A DNA stretch of 53,828 bases from a virus (IMGVR_UViG_3300037325_000128:1-53828); one strand, 5' to 3'. Positions 8,803 through 18,342 are shown, numbered from the stretch's first letter. Made by a program: numbers and translations. The notes: generated by a model not told the origin, from the sequence alone.

Positions 8803-8877
8803 TGGTCCGGCGTAGAGGAATCGAACCCCTATTGATAGCTTAGAAGGCTACTGTTCTGTCCGTTGAACTAACGCCAG
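8803..8877 (-). tRNA. tRNA-Arg(TCT)
   Basis: 75 nt cloverleaf, GTAGC-CTTCTAA-GCTAT, TTCGATT, CCA. Confidence 0.96.
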
Positions 8878-8997
8878 GTATTTAGATGGACCAGCCGGAA
8901 TAAACTGGAATGTATACAGTGGCCCACATATGCCAGCCGTGTGCAAAGTTGATTAAAAAGCTGTTAACAATATCTTTCATACTTATCCTTTTTGCTA

Positions 8998-9026
8998 ATT
9001 ATAGCAGTCTATTATCTAATTGTCAA
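8998..9026 (-). promoter_or_regulatory. consensus sigma70 promoter upstream of tRNA-Arg
   Basis: TTGACA-17-(TGC)TATAAT. Confidence 0.85.
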
Positions 9027-9034
9027 GCTATTTA

Positions 9035-9220
9035 CTAAATTACTAGATAGTAAATGACATTCGTTATCAGCGCAGGCATAGTAGAAGCTGCGAGAGCCAC
9101 AACAATCAATACTACCAACGGAAGGGAGGTGACACCGAATGCATTTTCCACCAGATGGGAAAACAAAAGATAAAATCCCATAAAAACCAAAATCATCAGC
9201 AACGTCACGAGTACTGTCAT
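9035..9220 (-). CDS. small membrane protein
   Basis: Two hydrophobic segments. Confidence 0.65.
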   Translation of the reverse strand: MTVLVTLLMILVFMGFYLLFSHLVENAFGVTSLPLVVLIVVALAASTMPALITNVIYYLVI

Positions 9221-9254
9221 TTTTATATCTCTGGTTAGATAAGTTGAATTTAAA

Positions 9255-9467
9255 TCAGCACAGAAATATGTTAAAGTTTTCCACTAGTCTGTCCGCTAGA
9301 TCGGAATATTCCATAGAGATCGGGTCTTCTCTCATCATTTCTTCTCGAAGAGACAGAAAAGATTGTCTTCGGGTGACTGGAATAGAGTACCAGTCACCGT
9401 TTGCGTCCTTTACCAGCACATTAGATTCTTCAAATTCGGTAATCATGTAATTTACATTTGTTTCCAT
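9255..9467 (-). CDS. hypothetical protein
   Basis: 70 aa ORF. Confidence 0.65.
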   Translation of the reverse strand: METNVNYMITEFEESNVLVKDANGDWYSIPVTRRQSFLSLREEMMREDPISMEYSDLADRLVENFNIFLC

Positions 9468-9706
9468 ACAGGAAAAGTTTCATTTTTCGGCGAAAGTTTC
9501 TTAAGATAATCGAGTTCTAAAAACCTTCTCAGCCCTTTTACTGATATCTGATACCCGGTCCTAAAATAATTAAATTGATTAGGTGACCTAATCGTTAGCG
9601 GTCTAAGTTCACCTGTTACTTTGACCGAGTACAATTCTTGTGTTTTCGTATTCCAAAAACATCCAGAATATCGAGTAGACACATACTCTTTTGGGAGAGA
9701 AATCAT
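9452..9706 (-). CDS. hypothetical protein
   Basis: 84 aa ORF, packed operon. Confidence 0.7.
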   Translation of the reverse strand: MISLPKEYVSTRYSGCFWNTKTQELYSVKVTGELRPLTIRSPNQFNYFRTGYQISVKGLRRFLELDYLKKLSPKNETFPVWKQM

Positions 9707-9865
9707 TTAGTACCATTCGCGTTTGATAGCATACTCCGGATTGCTCTCTGCATATTTTTCTTTTAGCTCGTCATAGAGAGCATTGGCTTCTTTTACGCTA
9801 AAAATAACACGATCTTCGATGGTTTTGCAACCATGTAAGACAATAACATGCCAAGACTTCATCAT
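9707..9865 (-). CDS. small hypothetical protein (52 aa)
   Basis: Manual: MMKSWHVIVLHG..KREWY; AAGGA RBS, abuts the next ATG. Confidence 0.6.
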   Translation of the reverse strand: MMKSWHVIVLHGCKTIEDRVIFSVKEANALYDELKEKYAESNPEYAIKREWY

Positions 9866-9885
9866 ATATTTCCTTTGTTATACAA

Positions 9886-9914
9886 ATTATAGCAGGACTC
9901 TAGCTCAGAGTCAA
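9886..9914 (-). promoter_or_regulatory. sigma70-type early promoter
   Basis: TTGACT-17-(TGC)TATAAT. Confidence 0.8.
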
Positions 9915-9917
9915 CAT

Positions 9918-10289
9918 TTAATGCAAGGTATGATTGGAGTCCGGATCCAATTCCTCGGAATTCTCTACGCTCTCTGCGCAATTTTTCAAACTTTCTGCAA
10001 GATGCTCGAAATATTCTCGCAAGTTTCGTTCTTGCCGCAGCATCATTCGAATGATATTTCTGGCATGATCAGATGTGAGATCTTGAATCAACAACATCTC
10101 ACCTTCCTTTGTAGTCCACAGCTCGTCGGGAAATTCCATACCATCAAATGCAATATAGGTTTTTATTTCAATCCAACGAACTTCTATACAGTTATCCGTT
10201 GTTGAGAATTCAACATAGTTTTTCTCATCGGGATACAGAGTTTTAGCAAATTCGCGTGCGGATACTAAGTCAGTAAATGTTTTCTTCAT
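9918..10289 (-). CDS. hypothetical protein
   Basis: 123 aa; WTTKEG..IQDLTSDHARNI motif. Confidence 0.75.
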   Translation of the reverse strand: MKKTFTDLVSAREFAKTLYPDEKNYVEFSTTDNCIEVRWIEIKTYIAFDGMEFPDELWTTKEGEMLLIQDLTSDHARNIIRMMLRQERNLREYFEHLAESLKNCAESVENSEELDPDSNHTLH

Positions 10290-10292
10290 TTG

Positions 10293-10484
10293 TTATTTTC
10301 TATATTTTATTTGATCTCGGATATAGTCTGCATAGTACTCTATGCGTTCGGCATTTAAGTGACCACCGGCATCGTACATACCCCCTAGAGATATATTACC
10401 GTTCGAGTCGTAATATACTTCGGGCAACTCGTCGACTTCCTCAATTTCAGTTATCGAGGATTCTGCTAATTTTTCTTCTGCCAT
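10293..10484 (-). CDS. acidic hypothetical protein
   Basis: 63 aa ORF. Confidence 0.65.
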   Translation of the reverse strand: MAEEKLAESSITEIEEVDELPEVYYDSNGNISLGGMYDAGGHLNAERIEYYADYIRDQIKYRK

Positions 10485-10551
10485 ATTTTGTTATATTAGA
10501 TGTTTGTGTGTAAGTTTATATGTATATAGATGTATACACAAGATTCTGACC

Positions 10552-10616
10552 TAGGATTACTGTGTAGGATTGCTGTCTAGGATTACTGTCTAGGATTGCT
10601 GTCTAGGATTGCTGAC
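10552..10616 (+). repeat. 5 x 13-bp tandem repeat TAGGATTRCTGTC
   Basis: Read directly; intergenic, no spacers. Confidence 0.95.
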
Positions 10617-10630
10617 CTGGCTTCAGAAAT

Positions 10631-11080
10631 TCAAGTTTTTGACGAACATAGGATGGAACTAACAGGCGAGGACTTTGGTAAGGTGACTACACTACTAGCA
10701 TCGTCTATCAAATATTCAAAAACTACGACAGGTTTACTATTATCTAACGGCTTTGACTGAATAAAGAAGAAGTCATAAAGGGTTGTAGATAATCCGGACT
10801 TACATTCTATTGCTATAACTTTTACCTGACTTCTTGCTAGGAATGATTCACCGTTAACGTGAATTTTACTCAGTGTGCTCGAGGATATCAATATAGAACC
10901 CACATTAATCTTTACCTTCCCATCCATCGAACTTATAAGACTAGATGCATCGTAAAACACCTCTATGTCTTGATATTTCATTTTGAGAATTGGCACCCAG
11001 TTGTCCGGGATGTCTTTGGAAGACGAATGAAAACTTGCTGTTATAAGTAAAGATGCAAGAATTGCAGTAAAAATATTCAT
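10631..11080 (-). CDS. exported protein
   Basis: Signal peptide-like N-terminus; preceded by ATAAATA. Confidence 0.75.
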   Translation of the reverse strand: MNIFTAILASLLITASFHSSSKDIPDNWVPILKMKYQDIEVFYDASSLISSMDGKVKINVGSILISSSTLSKIHVNGESFLARSQVKVIAIECKSGLSTTLYDFFFIQSKPLDNSKPVVVFEYLIDDASSVVTLPKSSPVSSILCSSKT

Positions 11081-11290
11081 ACACTTATTTATCGATCCAC
11101 AATAGAAATAAAGGGAAACTTCGATATAATTGGGGTGATTTCGGCTGTAGTATTAACAGCAGTATAAGCCAATAGAATAATTTTTCCCACTACTTTGCAA
11201 CTACGGGTGATATTCTATCGCGAATATCACAAATCATCGATTCTTTAATGTAGAAATTTTCATATACTACGTAAGTTTTCGGCGTATTCT

Positions 11291-11608
11291 TTATGGGACG
11301 GGAGGATTCACCTTTATTGTAATTCGGATAGTATTCTTGTCGTCTAGCAATTTTTCTTCTGCTAGCTCTTCCTCTGTACGAGCACGCCTAATCTTAACAT
11401 CCCTCATGCCAAGCCTAAAGGTAAGACATGCCTCTGGCTCCATTTCTATTACCATCTTTTTATTAGAATATTTTCCGTCGTCAGGTTTAACGAGACTAAC
11501 ATCTTCGACGATATTGTATTCACCTTCGTCAAGCCTACTTAATACATTGCGAAATTTACCTTCGCTATCATGACTAAAAGTGAATGTGTAATTAATTTTG
11601 TCTGTCAT
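11291..11608 (-). CDS. paralog family B-like protein
   Basis: PEACLTFRL motif. Confidence 0.7.
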   Translation of the reverse strand: MTDKINYTFTFSHDSEGKFRNVLSRLDEGEYNIVEDVSLVKPDDGKYSNKKMVIEMEPEACLTFRLGMRDVKIRRARTEEELAEEKLLDDKNTIRITIKVNPPVP

Positions 11609-11609
11609 T

Positions 11610-11819
11610 TCAATTCCCTGGTAATTCCATACACCTTACGCAGGGTACAGTTAGTTTTAGTGCTATTGCCTGTTGTCTGTCCATCTTTGCATAGAATATG
11701 TAAGTAACGCCGGTCCCAGCAAATTGGAAAGATTCGTAGTAGGTTGATATTCCTTCTTTCTGTATATAACTATTGAACTCTCCGGGCGACCCGGTAATAC
11801 TTATTAGATGCGGAGTCAT
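11610..11819 (-). CDS. paralog family B protein
   Basis: QQAIALKL motif. Confidence 0.65.
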   Translation of the reverse strand: MTPHLISITGSPGEFNSYIQKEGISTYYESFQFAGTGVTYIFYAKMDRQQAIALKLTVPCVRCMELPGN

Positions 11820-12022
11820 CCTTGAGTGTACTCTGACTGATGTGCTATCTGGTGTCTTAATTTAATTGCCAATGCAGACTCCGGCGTCACTATGACTCCG
11901 ATTATGACCTTGCGTGTACCGTTTCCTGAATTGTGAGATGCGGCGAATATGCTTTGTGCTCGAAGCCAATCGATCTCTCTGTCGTGTGCCTCTTCGTCCA
12001 CATAATAGACCAATTTAATCAT
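11816..12022 (-). CDS. paralog family B protein
   Basis: ESALAIKL motif; ATGA coupling. Confidence 0.7.
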   Translation of the reverse strand: MIKLVYYVDEEAHDREIDWLRAQSIFAASHNSGNGTRKVIIGVIVTPESALAIKLRHQIAHQSEYTQG

Positions 12023-12068
12023 ACATCAATTTAACATAGTTCTGCTAGCATAGCAATAGGTAGCTAAT

Positions 12069-12311
12069 TTAGAAATTAATTTCTAAACCGAAAGTTATAT
12101 CTACTGGGCTAAATTTTAGAATAATGATCAGTTTACATTCCTCTGATGGATAAAATAATAAACCAGCAAGCCCATGCCCGTGGCGGTCAGGGCGAAATGT
12201 ATGAGTCACAATGCCTTTATCAACTGCCCACACAAGATTCTCTATTTTACATACTTTATAAGGTTCTACTAAAATTTCCCAGCGACTAGCTTTATTATCT
12301 TTTCCAGACAT
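12069..12311 (-). CDS. paralog family B-like protein
   Basis: EECKLIIILKF. Confidence 0.6.
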   Translation of the reverse strand: MSGKDNKASRWEILVEPYKVCKIENLVWAVDKGIVTHTFRPDRHGHGLAGLLFYPSEECKLIIILKFSPVDITFGLEINF

Positions 12312-12495
12312 TATCTTTTCCTAGTGTTAATGTTAGTAAAAGTTCCGTAGCTTCGTCTACGTTTACTGCGTGGAAGATAAATCGAGGACGTCGACTCGTA
12401 TTCATCGTACAGCTGGATATAATATTCGGCAGCGGTACGAAGTTTTCTATTTTGAATTTGCAATCGTCAGGGACAAGCACATTTAGAGATACCAT
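12295..12495 (-). CDS. paralog family B-like protein
   Basis: EATELLLTL. Confidence 0.6.
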   Translation of the reverse strand: MVSLNVLVPDDCKFKIENFVPLPNIISSCTMNTSRRPRFIFHAVNVDEATELLLTLTLGKDNVWKR

Positions 12496-12502
12496 TTGTG
12501 CA

Positions 12503-12531
12503 ATTATAGCATTACTTACATCCTATGTCAA
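12503..12531 (-). promoter_or_regulatory. consensus sigma70 promoter
   Basis: TTGACA-17-(TGC)TATAAT, ATG 7 nt downstream. Confidence 0.85.
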
Positions 12532-12884
12532 TGGTCACGCGGCGTTATAAATAAGGAATCTTTAATTTGAAACTCTTCATTTAAGCATAAATGGGCTGTC
12601 ATGCATGTGTCCCATTGTACCAGAATGTTCCTGGATACTATAAGAAATAATGTTAGTGCTTCGGCATCGAAGATGTACTCCGAAACCTTACATGTTATTC
12701 TTCCGTATGGCCATGCTGGTCTTTCTATAAGCGTCCATAGTCTGCCACAGCTTGCGTTTCTGTCGAGTATTCTGAATTCCTCAATGGTAATTAGTATATC
12801 GTTTTTAAGGATAACACTAATTTGTTCCACTACATTCCTACCCTGTATTAAGCCCGTCTCCAGGGGCAGTCCACAGTGGACCAA
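12528..12884 (-). CDS. hypothetical protein
   Basis: ORF; start uncertain. Confidence 0.5.
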   Translation of the reverse strand: MVHCGLPLETGLIQGRNVVEQISVILKNDILITIEEFRILDRNASCGRLWTLIERPAWPYGRITCKVSEYIFDAEALTLFLIVSRNILVQWDTCMTAHLCLNEEFQIKDSLFITPRDH

Positions 12885-13227
12885 TGGATACGTGGCCGTA
12901 GGTTATTACAGGAGCAGTAGATACAGTGTTGTCGTCAAATCTGAAACTTAAATGCCCGGCCCTGTCGTGGTTGTGAAGGAAATTATCTGTGACCATTACC
13001 ATGAATGTAGCAAGCTCTTTGTTAACGAGTATAACATTTCTAATTGTAAATTGCACACTTCCCAGGTTTTTCGGATACCAACTTACAGACACAATCCTGT
13101 CTAAATTGTCTCCGGTTATTTTAAAGAAGCTAGGAACACCGCTTGTTATGATGATCCCTACTTTCTCGGATCCATTATATGGACTCCCTGGTAGTGCAAC
13201 AATAGAAGTGATTATGGGTACAGACAT
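12838..13227 (-). CDS. putative virion protein (beta-rich, IPT/TIG-like)
   Basis: PIITSI..FKITGDNL pattern; late-type ATAAATA just upstream. Confidence 0.55.
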   Translation of the reverse strand: MSVPIITSIVALPGSPYNGSEKVGIIITSGVPSFFKITGDNLDRIVSVSWYPKNLGSVQFTIRNVILVNKELATFMVMVTDNFLHNHDRAGHLSFRFDDNTVSTAPVITYGHVSIGPLWTAPGDGLNTG

Positions 13228-13347
13228 ACACTATTTATCGTCCGTGCCAGTCATTTAGCTTATCAGATATAGATGAAATACACACTGACTGGAAATAGAT
13301 CGCCTGGTCAACTTTACATGGTAAATAAGTCATAACTTAATATAAAA

Positions 13348-14397
13348 ATGGCACAAACAGTATACTTCCTGACAGATAACTTAGCAGACCCATGCCCTTC
13401 TGTATTTATAAACAAGACATTCGAGTCACCAGGTTCCGAGCTTACTGAACCAATAATATTTAGAATGGCACAGTTGTCTACCACTAAGTTCTTCTATGTA
13501 CTCCTTACAGACAGGGATTTTAATTTTTCAAAGTTCGACTTCTCGTACAGACCAGAACCATGGAGCCAGTCTTTAGTGCATGTATGGGACAATAATCCTG
13601 CAGTAAAATTATTCAATAAGTCATTGGTACTATCAGATCCCTCTGCTTATACAGACATGTCATTTATTAATGGAAAATACAAATTTATAAACATAGAATG
13701 TGGAGAATTCCGTCAGAAACCGGCCGACATCATATTCCTTAGTTATGATGAAAATAATGCAGAAATTAACTTCACACGACTAAGTGCCAAGTTTCCCAGG
13801 GTAAAACATGTTCGCGGCATACAAGGAATATTTAATGCCCACCTTGCAGCCGCGCAGGCGGCCACCACTCGGATGTTTTATTTAGTGGATGCCGATGCCG
13901 AAGTAGCAGATAGTTTTGATTTTAGTTTTCTCCCCGATATACATAATGTCCAATTCTCTCACGTTTGGCACTCTAAAAATCCTGTAAATGATCTGGAATA
14001 TGGTTACGGAGGAATAAAATTGTTCATGAGAGATGCTCTTTTAACCTACAAGGAAGATCCCATAGATTTTACCACAAGTGTTTCTGCTGGATTAAAAGTG
14101 ATAAATGAAATTAGTAACATCACTCGATATAACATAAACGAATTTTCCACCTGGAAGAGTGCGTTTAGGGAATGTGCCAAACTAGCATCCAGGAGTATTA
14201 ATAATCAGAGTGACCCGGAAACAACAAGTCGACTCGAAACTTGGTGCAAGGCCGGGGTCGATCGAGACTATGGCAAATTTGCGATAGCCGGTGCAATAGC
14301 AGGTCGCAAATACGGAAATGCTAATGCTACTGATATTGTAGCATTAGCATTTATTAATGACTTTGAATGGCTAAGAACACAGTTCGATCAGCAATGA
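13348..14397 (+). CDS. GT-A-like glycosyltransferase domain protein
   Basis: IIFLSYDE..GIFNAHLAAA..FYLVDAD (DxD)..YGYGGIKLF; preceded by TAAATA. Confidence 0.7.
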   Translation: MAQTVYFLTDNLADPCPSVFINKTFESPGSELTEPIIFRMAQLSTTKFFYVLLTDRDFNFSKFDFSYRPEPWSQSLVHVWDNNPAVKLFNKSLVLSDPSAYTDMSFINGKYKFINIECGEFRQKPADIIFLSYDENNAEINFTRLSAKFPRVKHVRGIQGIFNAHLAAAQAATTRMFYLVDADAEVADSFDFSFLPDIHNVQFSHVWHSKNPVNDLEYGYGGIKLFMRDALLTYKEDPIDFTTSVSAGLKVINEISNITRYNINEFSTWKSAFRECAKLASRSINNQSDPETTSRLETWCKAGVDRDYGKFAIAGAIAGRKYGNANATDIVALAFINDFEWLRTQFDQQ

Positions 14398-14723
14398 GGG
14401 CCTAAGAATAGCTCGACTAACTCGTTTACGTCTTCTTCGAGTTTATCTGTATCGATAAAAACCCTTACGTCCTTCATCCTTTTAAAACTATTTTCCATAG
14501 TTTCCCAATTTGCATTCTTGTTTAAAGGTATAGGATGAGATATTTCTGTACCATGCAGCTCTACTATATTACCATCATGGTATTGAACGAGAATTTGATC
14601 AATATATTTTACAGGTATTTCGTTAGCATCTATTTCCTTAACTATCCTGTCGAAAACAGATGCCCTAGAAATTCTACTAGTAGATTTATTCATGTTAAAA
14701 CTGGTTATGATTTTCTTGCTCAT
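14388..14723 (-). CDS. conserved hypothetical protein
   Basis: 111 aa, AGGAG RBS, TATAAATA upstream. Confidence 0.8.
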   Translation of the reverse strand: MSKKIITSFNMNKSTSRISRASVFDRIVKEIDANEIPVKYIDQILVQYHDGNIVELHGTEISHPIPLNKNANWETMENSFKRMKDVRVFIDTDKLEEDVNELVELFLGPHC

Positions 14724-14753
14724 ACATATCTCCTATATGTATTATTTATACAA

Positions 14754-14779
14754 AAACAGCTCGGTTGACCGAGCTGTTT
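14754..14779. terminator. intrinsic terminator hairpin
   Basis: AAACAGCTCGGT-TG-ACCGAGCTGTTT. Confidence 0.8.
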
Positions 14780-14790
14780 AGTTTATAGTA

Positions 14791-15567
14791 TTAAGAAGTT
14801 TTGACTTCTTTTCTGGCTGCATCTCTTAAAATTTTCGCGTTTATCTTATCAGTAAGAGCAGTCGAGGCTTTGTCAACTTTTAATTGAGCTGCTTTTTCTC
14901 GATCCCGTTCTCTCCGCTTGATCCGCCTTTCATCCATTCTTTGCTCTTTAATATCTTCTGCCATTGCCGGGCGGCCAGGCCCCGGCTTTAGTTCAGGTGC
15001 AAGATTATAGGCTTCTTCCCGCTTAGATAGCGCATCTTTTTCAAGCTGTTCTGCCACTAGAATCAAGGACTTTGCAATAGCATTCGGATCTTGCATCCTC
15101 GAAGCCAAATCCTCCGCCGTAAATACTTTTTCTGCCTGTGTACGAGTGTCTTCGACGGCAGGAGTGCCCTTATTGGGTTCGTCGCGTTGACGAATATATT
15201 CATCAACTTTTTTATCTATGGTCGCATTAATAAGGGCCAAAGGAACCGCCTGTCCGGGTAACGGCAACATAGTAACGTTGGTTACAGGCTCTTTCCTCAA
15301 ATGCCCTCGCTGATGAAGTGCGGATAAGCAGTTGAGTCCATCCGGAAATGTTCTGCGATTTAAGACTTCGTAAAAGTCGTTGGTTTCAACTGCTTCCTTC
15401 GAGTTTAAGCATTGCATAAGATAATCATGATAGCTATCAGGTAGCCGCTCGGTTTCTACAATCAAGCATGAATTCTCGTCATTTGGTAATTTTCTAAATA
15501 CTACAGCAACCCGCACACCGGTGTTTGCCAGCTGACCGGCATGTTTTTTTAATCCTTCGATAGCCAT
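14791..15567 (-). CDS. conserved phage hypothetical protein with basic coiled-coil tail
   Basis: 258 aa; KHAGQL..VAVVFRKLP..CLIV. Confidence 0.8.
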   Translation of the reverse strand: MAIEGLKKHAGQLANTGVRVAVVFRKLPNDENSCLIVETERLPDSYHDYLMQCLNSKEAVETNDFYEVLNRRTFPDGLNCLSALHQRGHLRKEPVTNVTMLPLPGQAVPLALINATIDKKVDEYIRQRDEPNKGTPAVEDTRTQAEKVFTAEDLASRMQDPNAIAKSLILVAEQLEKDALSKREEAYNLAPELKPGPGRPAMAEDIKEQRMDERRIKRRERDREKAAQLKVDKASTALTDKINAKILRDAARKEVKTS

Positions 15568-15585
15568 ATAATCCCCTATTCCTAT

Positions 15586-15861
15586 TTACAGTGTTACTGT
15601 TTCTGCTGTCTTGGATTCTTCCGCCTTTTGCGCATCCTCTACATATTTTAAGAATTCACTAAGCTTATTAAAGACGCCTCCCACCTGAGCTAACTCTGAC
15701 GCCTGGAATGCGCCGCGCCTAGATGCCAGGTCCACTACTCTGGATAGCAATTGCAGATCTGCAATGGACAGTTGAACTGGTGCCGTGAACGCAGTCGATT
15801 CCGTTTCACTTGTGGTGCTGATATCGGTGACTTCTTGTGTTTTTACTGTTGCGTTTGTCAT
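15586..15861 (-). CDS. conserved phage hypothetical protein
   Basis: LSIADL..DLASRRGAFQASEL..VG; GGAG RBS before MTNAT. Confidence 0.8.
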   Translation of the reverse strand: MTNATVKTQEVTDISTTSETESTAFTAPVQLSIADLQLLSRVVDLASRRGAFQASELAQVGGVFNKLSEFLKYVEDAQKAEESKTAETVTL

Positions 15862-15984
15862 GTAATCTCCGTTTGAAAAATAGTTAAGCATTATCTGCTA
15901 ATTTTATTTATCTTTCAGTCAATGATATTGGTAGAATATTGGTAACGAAATGCCAGATAAAATACAGTTTTAATGCCTTACATC

Positions 15985-16017
15985 AAAAGAAAAGGAGCTT
16001 AACGCTCCTTTTCTTTT
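15985..16017. terminator. bidirectional intrinsic terminator
   Basis: AAAAGAAAAGGAGC-TTAAC-GCTCCTTTTCTTTT. Confidence 0.85.
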
Positions 16018-16053
16018 TAAAGTTCACTACTTGTATCTCCATTGGTTGCCCAG

Positions 16054-16647
16054 TTAGTTTTTCGGCCCGTGTTTGTCCGGCTGGGCAGTAATTCGAATCA
16101 TATCCTCAGGCCAATCTACATAGTATTTCCACTCTTCATCCTTGAAACTAATGGGGAAATTCTTTCTTTTAGCTAAAATATCATAGTAGTTCGGCTTGTA
16201 AGGCTTATTTCTGGGAAGAATCGTATCGTCTGCACCCTTATCGCTGTTACACGTTTTGCAAGAAGTAGTTACATTGAGCCAGTTAGTTTTTCCACCTAAA
16301 GACCTCGGGATGACGTGATCTAACGTAAGATCATTCAGATGACATTTTCCGGCCTGAGATTTACATTTACGGGTGGTCTGTAGCTGACATGTAAAATTGT
16401 CGCGCATGTACACATTGGCCCGGCTATACTTTAGTCCTTTGGTCCACTTAACTTGCTCTGCCATTATAATGATAGATGGAACTTTTATTTCTAGATGCTG
16501 CGACCGGACCACCCACTCATCATATTCTTTCAAAATTTTAGCTTTATCCAAAAACACAAGTCGTAGTGCGACGTACCATGATACCACAGAAAGTGGTACA
16601 CTAGTCATGGGCTGCCCGTCAGCGTTAAGGAGTAAAACATCGCTCAT
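16054..16647 (-). CDS. HNH endonuclease (McrA-like)
   Basis: VLLLNAD..RDNFTCQ..LTLDHVIPRSLGG..WLNVTTSCKTCNSDKG. Confidence 0.92.
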   Translation of the reverse strand: MSDVLLLNADGQPMTSVPLSVVSWYVALRLVFLDKAKILKEYDEWVVRSQHLEIKVPSIIIMAEQVKWTKGLKYSRANVYMRDNFTCQLQTTRKCKSQAGKCHLNDLTLDHVIPRSLGGKTNWLNVTTSCKTCNSDKGADDTILPRNKPYKPNYYDILAKRKNFPISFKDEEWKYYVDWPEDMIRITAQPDKHGPKN

Positions 16648-16698
16648 TTTTAAAGTTTCTTATACATAGTGTGTAATAAGGGATCATGTGTATTTATT

Positions 16699-16727
16699 AT
16701 TTTACAGGGTTTGATATACATTGTCAA
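16699..16727 (-). promoter_or_regulatory. sigma70-type promoter
   Basis: TTGACA-17-TAAAAT. Confidence 0.7.
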
Positions 16728-16731
16728 GCAA

Positions 16732-16992
16732 CTAAGTAATAATTTCCAGGTAATCCCGAAAATAATGCGGAACTCCTCTGAGTCTCAGAGCAGTAGCATC
16801 CTCTTGCATTTCAAATTCTACCCTAAGTGTTCCCTGTAAAATCAGGTGTTGCCATTTTGGCACATATCCTGTTTTGTATTTTACTTGATTATCGCATGTT
16901 CCGTCTACCCAGTCTTTGAAGAAAAGTTCAATAATTTTATGTTTTTCTATATCTACAGATTCTTTTATTCTAAATATTACGGAAGAAGTCAT
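16732..16992 (-). CDS. paralog family B protein
   Basis: FEMQEDATALRL. Confidence 0.7.
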   Translation of the reverse strand: MTSSVIFRIKESVDIEKHKIIELFFKDWVDGTCDNQVKYKTGYVPKWQHLILQGTLRVEFEMQEDATALRLRGVPHYFRDYLEIIT

Positions 16993-17098
16993 GCATCTAT
17001 TTATCCATGCACTGCTGGTACTTCATGAGTTTATTTTTTTACAGGTTTTCCCGTCTCTCGAGCATTTTAACCATGTGCAGTACGTACACCGTTAAAGC

Positions 17099-17137
17099 GG
17101 GCAGTAGATTCGCCTTTTTTTGACGAATCTACTGCCC
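17099..17137. terminator. 14-bp stem hairpin after the VWA gene
   Basis: GGGCAGTAGATTCG..CGAATCTACTGCCC. Confidence 0.7.
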
Positions 17138-17139
17138 TG

Positions 17140-18342
17140 TTATTTACGTTTGTTCTGCGGACTGTGGTCGTCTGGCTCGTACCATGCGGTCATCCCGAAC
17201 GGCGCGATAAGTCGATGTGCAGCGTCACCATGAATCAGAAACAAAGTGTCGCAGTACAGTTCGTCCCCCCAGCTGCCGCAAGGATATCCATCTGTCATCA
17301 TAATGAATCGTTCTGGCACGATGTCATTCTCCTTCATGAAATCCCAGTTACACGTGAAATCAGTACCACCTCCGCCCTTAATTTCGTATTCATCAACCTC
17401 GTCGATATTTTCCGGAGTAAACTTTGCGTAGTTATATACTCTGGTATCAAAGCACCAGACTTCCAACTCATAGTCACCGAACTGCTCCATGATACCTTTT
17501 GTTTCACTCAGTAAGTCACGAAGCATGCCTTCGCTCATCGAGCCCGAACAGTCGATAGATACGGCAGCTTTCACCTTGACGTCTTCTTTTGTCGCTGGCA
17601 GATAGATACCGCTGGACTGCGACTTTCTGGAACATCGACTCCATGTATAGTCGTTCTTAATCATAGACTGAATTTTCATGTTAAGGATCTCTCGCCAGTC
17701 CATCTGTGGCTCAGTCAGGTCCTGAATCATGCGTCTTACGCCAGCAGGCGTATTTCCGGCGCCAGCGGCGTTTGCTGCCTGCATAACGGCATTTCGAATC
17801 TCGTCTGACAGGATACGGCGCGCCTCCTCGTCCAAGGGCTCGCCCTTGCCATCACCTGGTTCCAAGTGAACGTCGAATTCTGGCCAGTTTTGATCAGGAT
17901 CTTTCTCCAACAACTCGTACACTTCTTCGGCAAACATGCCTTTGTATTTAGGATTAAAACATGCCTGCACACCCGAAGTCTTCGGGTCAGGTAGCTTGCC
18001 GATATTGTGCTCGTGCAGCTCATAGTTGATTACATAGTCTGCCGCGGCATTCCACAACTTAGGCTTTCGGCTGCCTCGGCGGCTCATGTGGTCATAAACG
18101 CAGTGCTCGACCTCATGTGCAACAAGGAAGATTGTTTCCGGTTTAGTCAGCTTGGAAATGAAGTTGCGGTCATAGTAGAAGTACCGACCGTCGGTTGCAG
18201 CAGTATTGCACCACTCATCGTCAGTAGCATCTCGCAAGATAAGCCGAGTCGCTAGTGTACCCCAGAATGGTTGATGTAGCAGCAGAGAGATTCTGGCACG
18301 GGTAAGTTGTTCGAGTACTGATTCAGGTGAGTTATTTGCCAT
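17140..18342 (-). CDS. DUF2201-type metallopeptidase-VWA protein
   Basis: TAATDG..AHEVEH (HExxH)..WNAAADY; C-terminal IDCSGS MIDAS, GGGGTDF, MTDGY. Confidence 0.92.
   Translation of the reverse strand: MANNSPESVLEQLTRARISLLLHQPFWGTLATRLILRDATDDEWCNTAATDGRYFYYDRNFISKLTKPETIFLVAHEVEHCVYDHMSRRGSRKPKLWNAAADYVINYELHEHNIGKLPDPKTSGVQACFNPKYKGMFAEEVYELLEKDPDQNWPEFDVHLEPGDGKGEPLDEEARRILSDEIRNAVMQAANAAGAGNTPAGVRRMIQDLTEPQMDWREILNMKIQSMIKNDYTWSRCSRKSQSSGIYLPATKEDVKVKAAVSIDCSGSMSEGMLRDLLSETKGIMEQFGDYELEVWCFDTRVYNYAKFTPENIDEVDEYEIKGGGGTDFTCNWDFMKENDIVPERFIMMTDGYPCGSWGDELYCDTLFLIHGDAAHRLIAPFGMTAWYEPDDHSPQNKRK

Noticed and set aside
10552-10616. Repeat arrays as CRISPR or mini-CRISPR (also 35303-35402)
   Set aside because: Units are 11-13 bp and contiguous with no unique spacers; no cas genes in the window
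16054-16647. HNH gene as an intron-encoded or mobile homing element
   Set aside because: Free-standing with its own promoter and terminator; McrA-like type, and no interrupted gene around it
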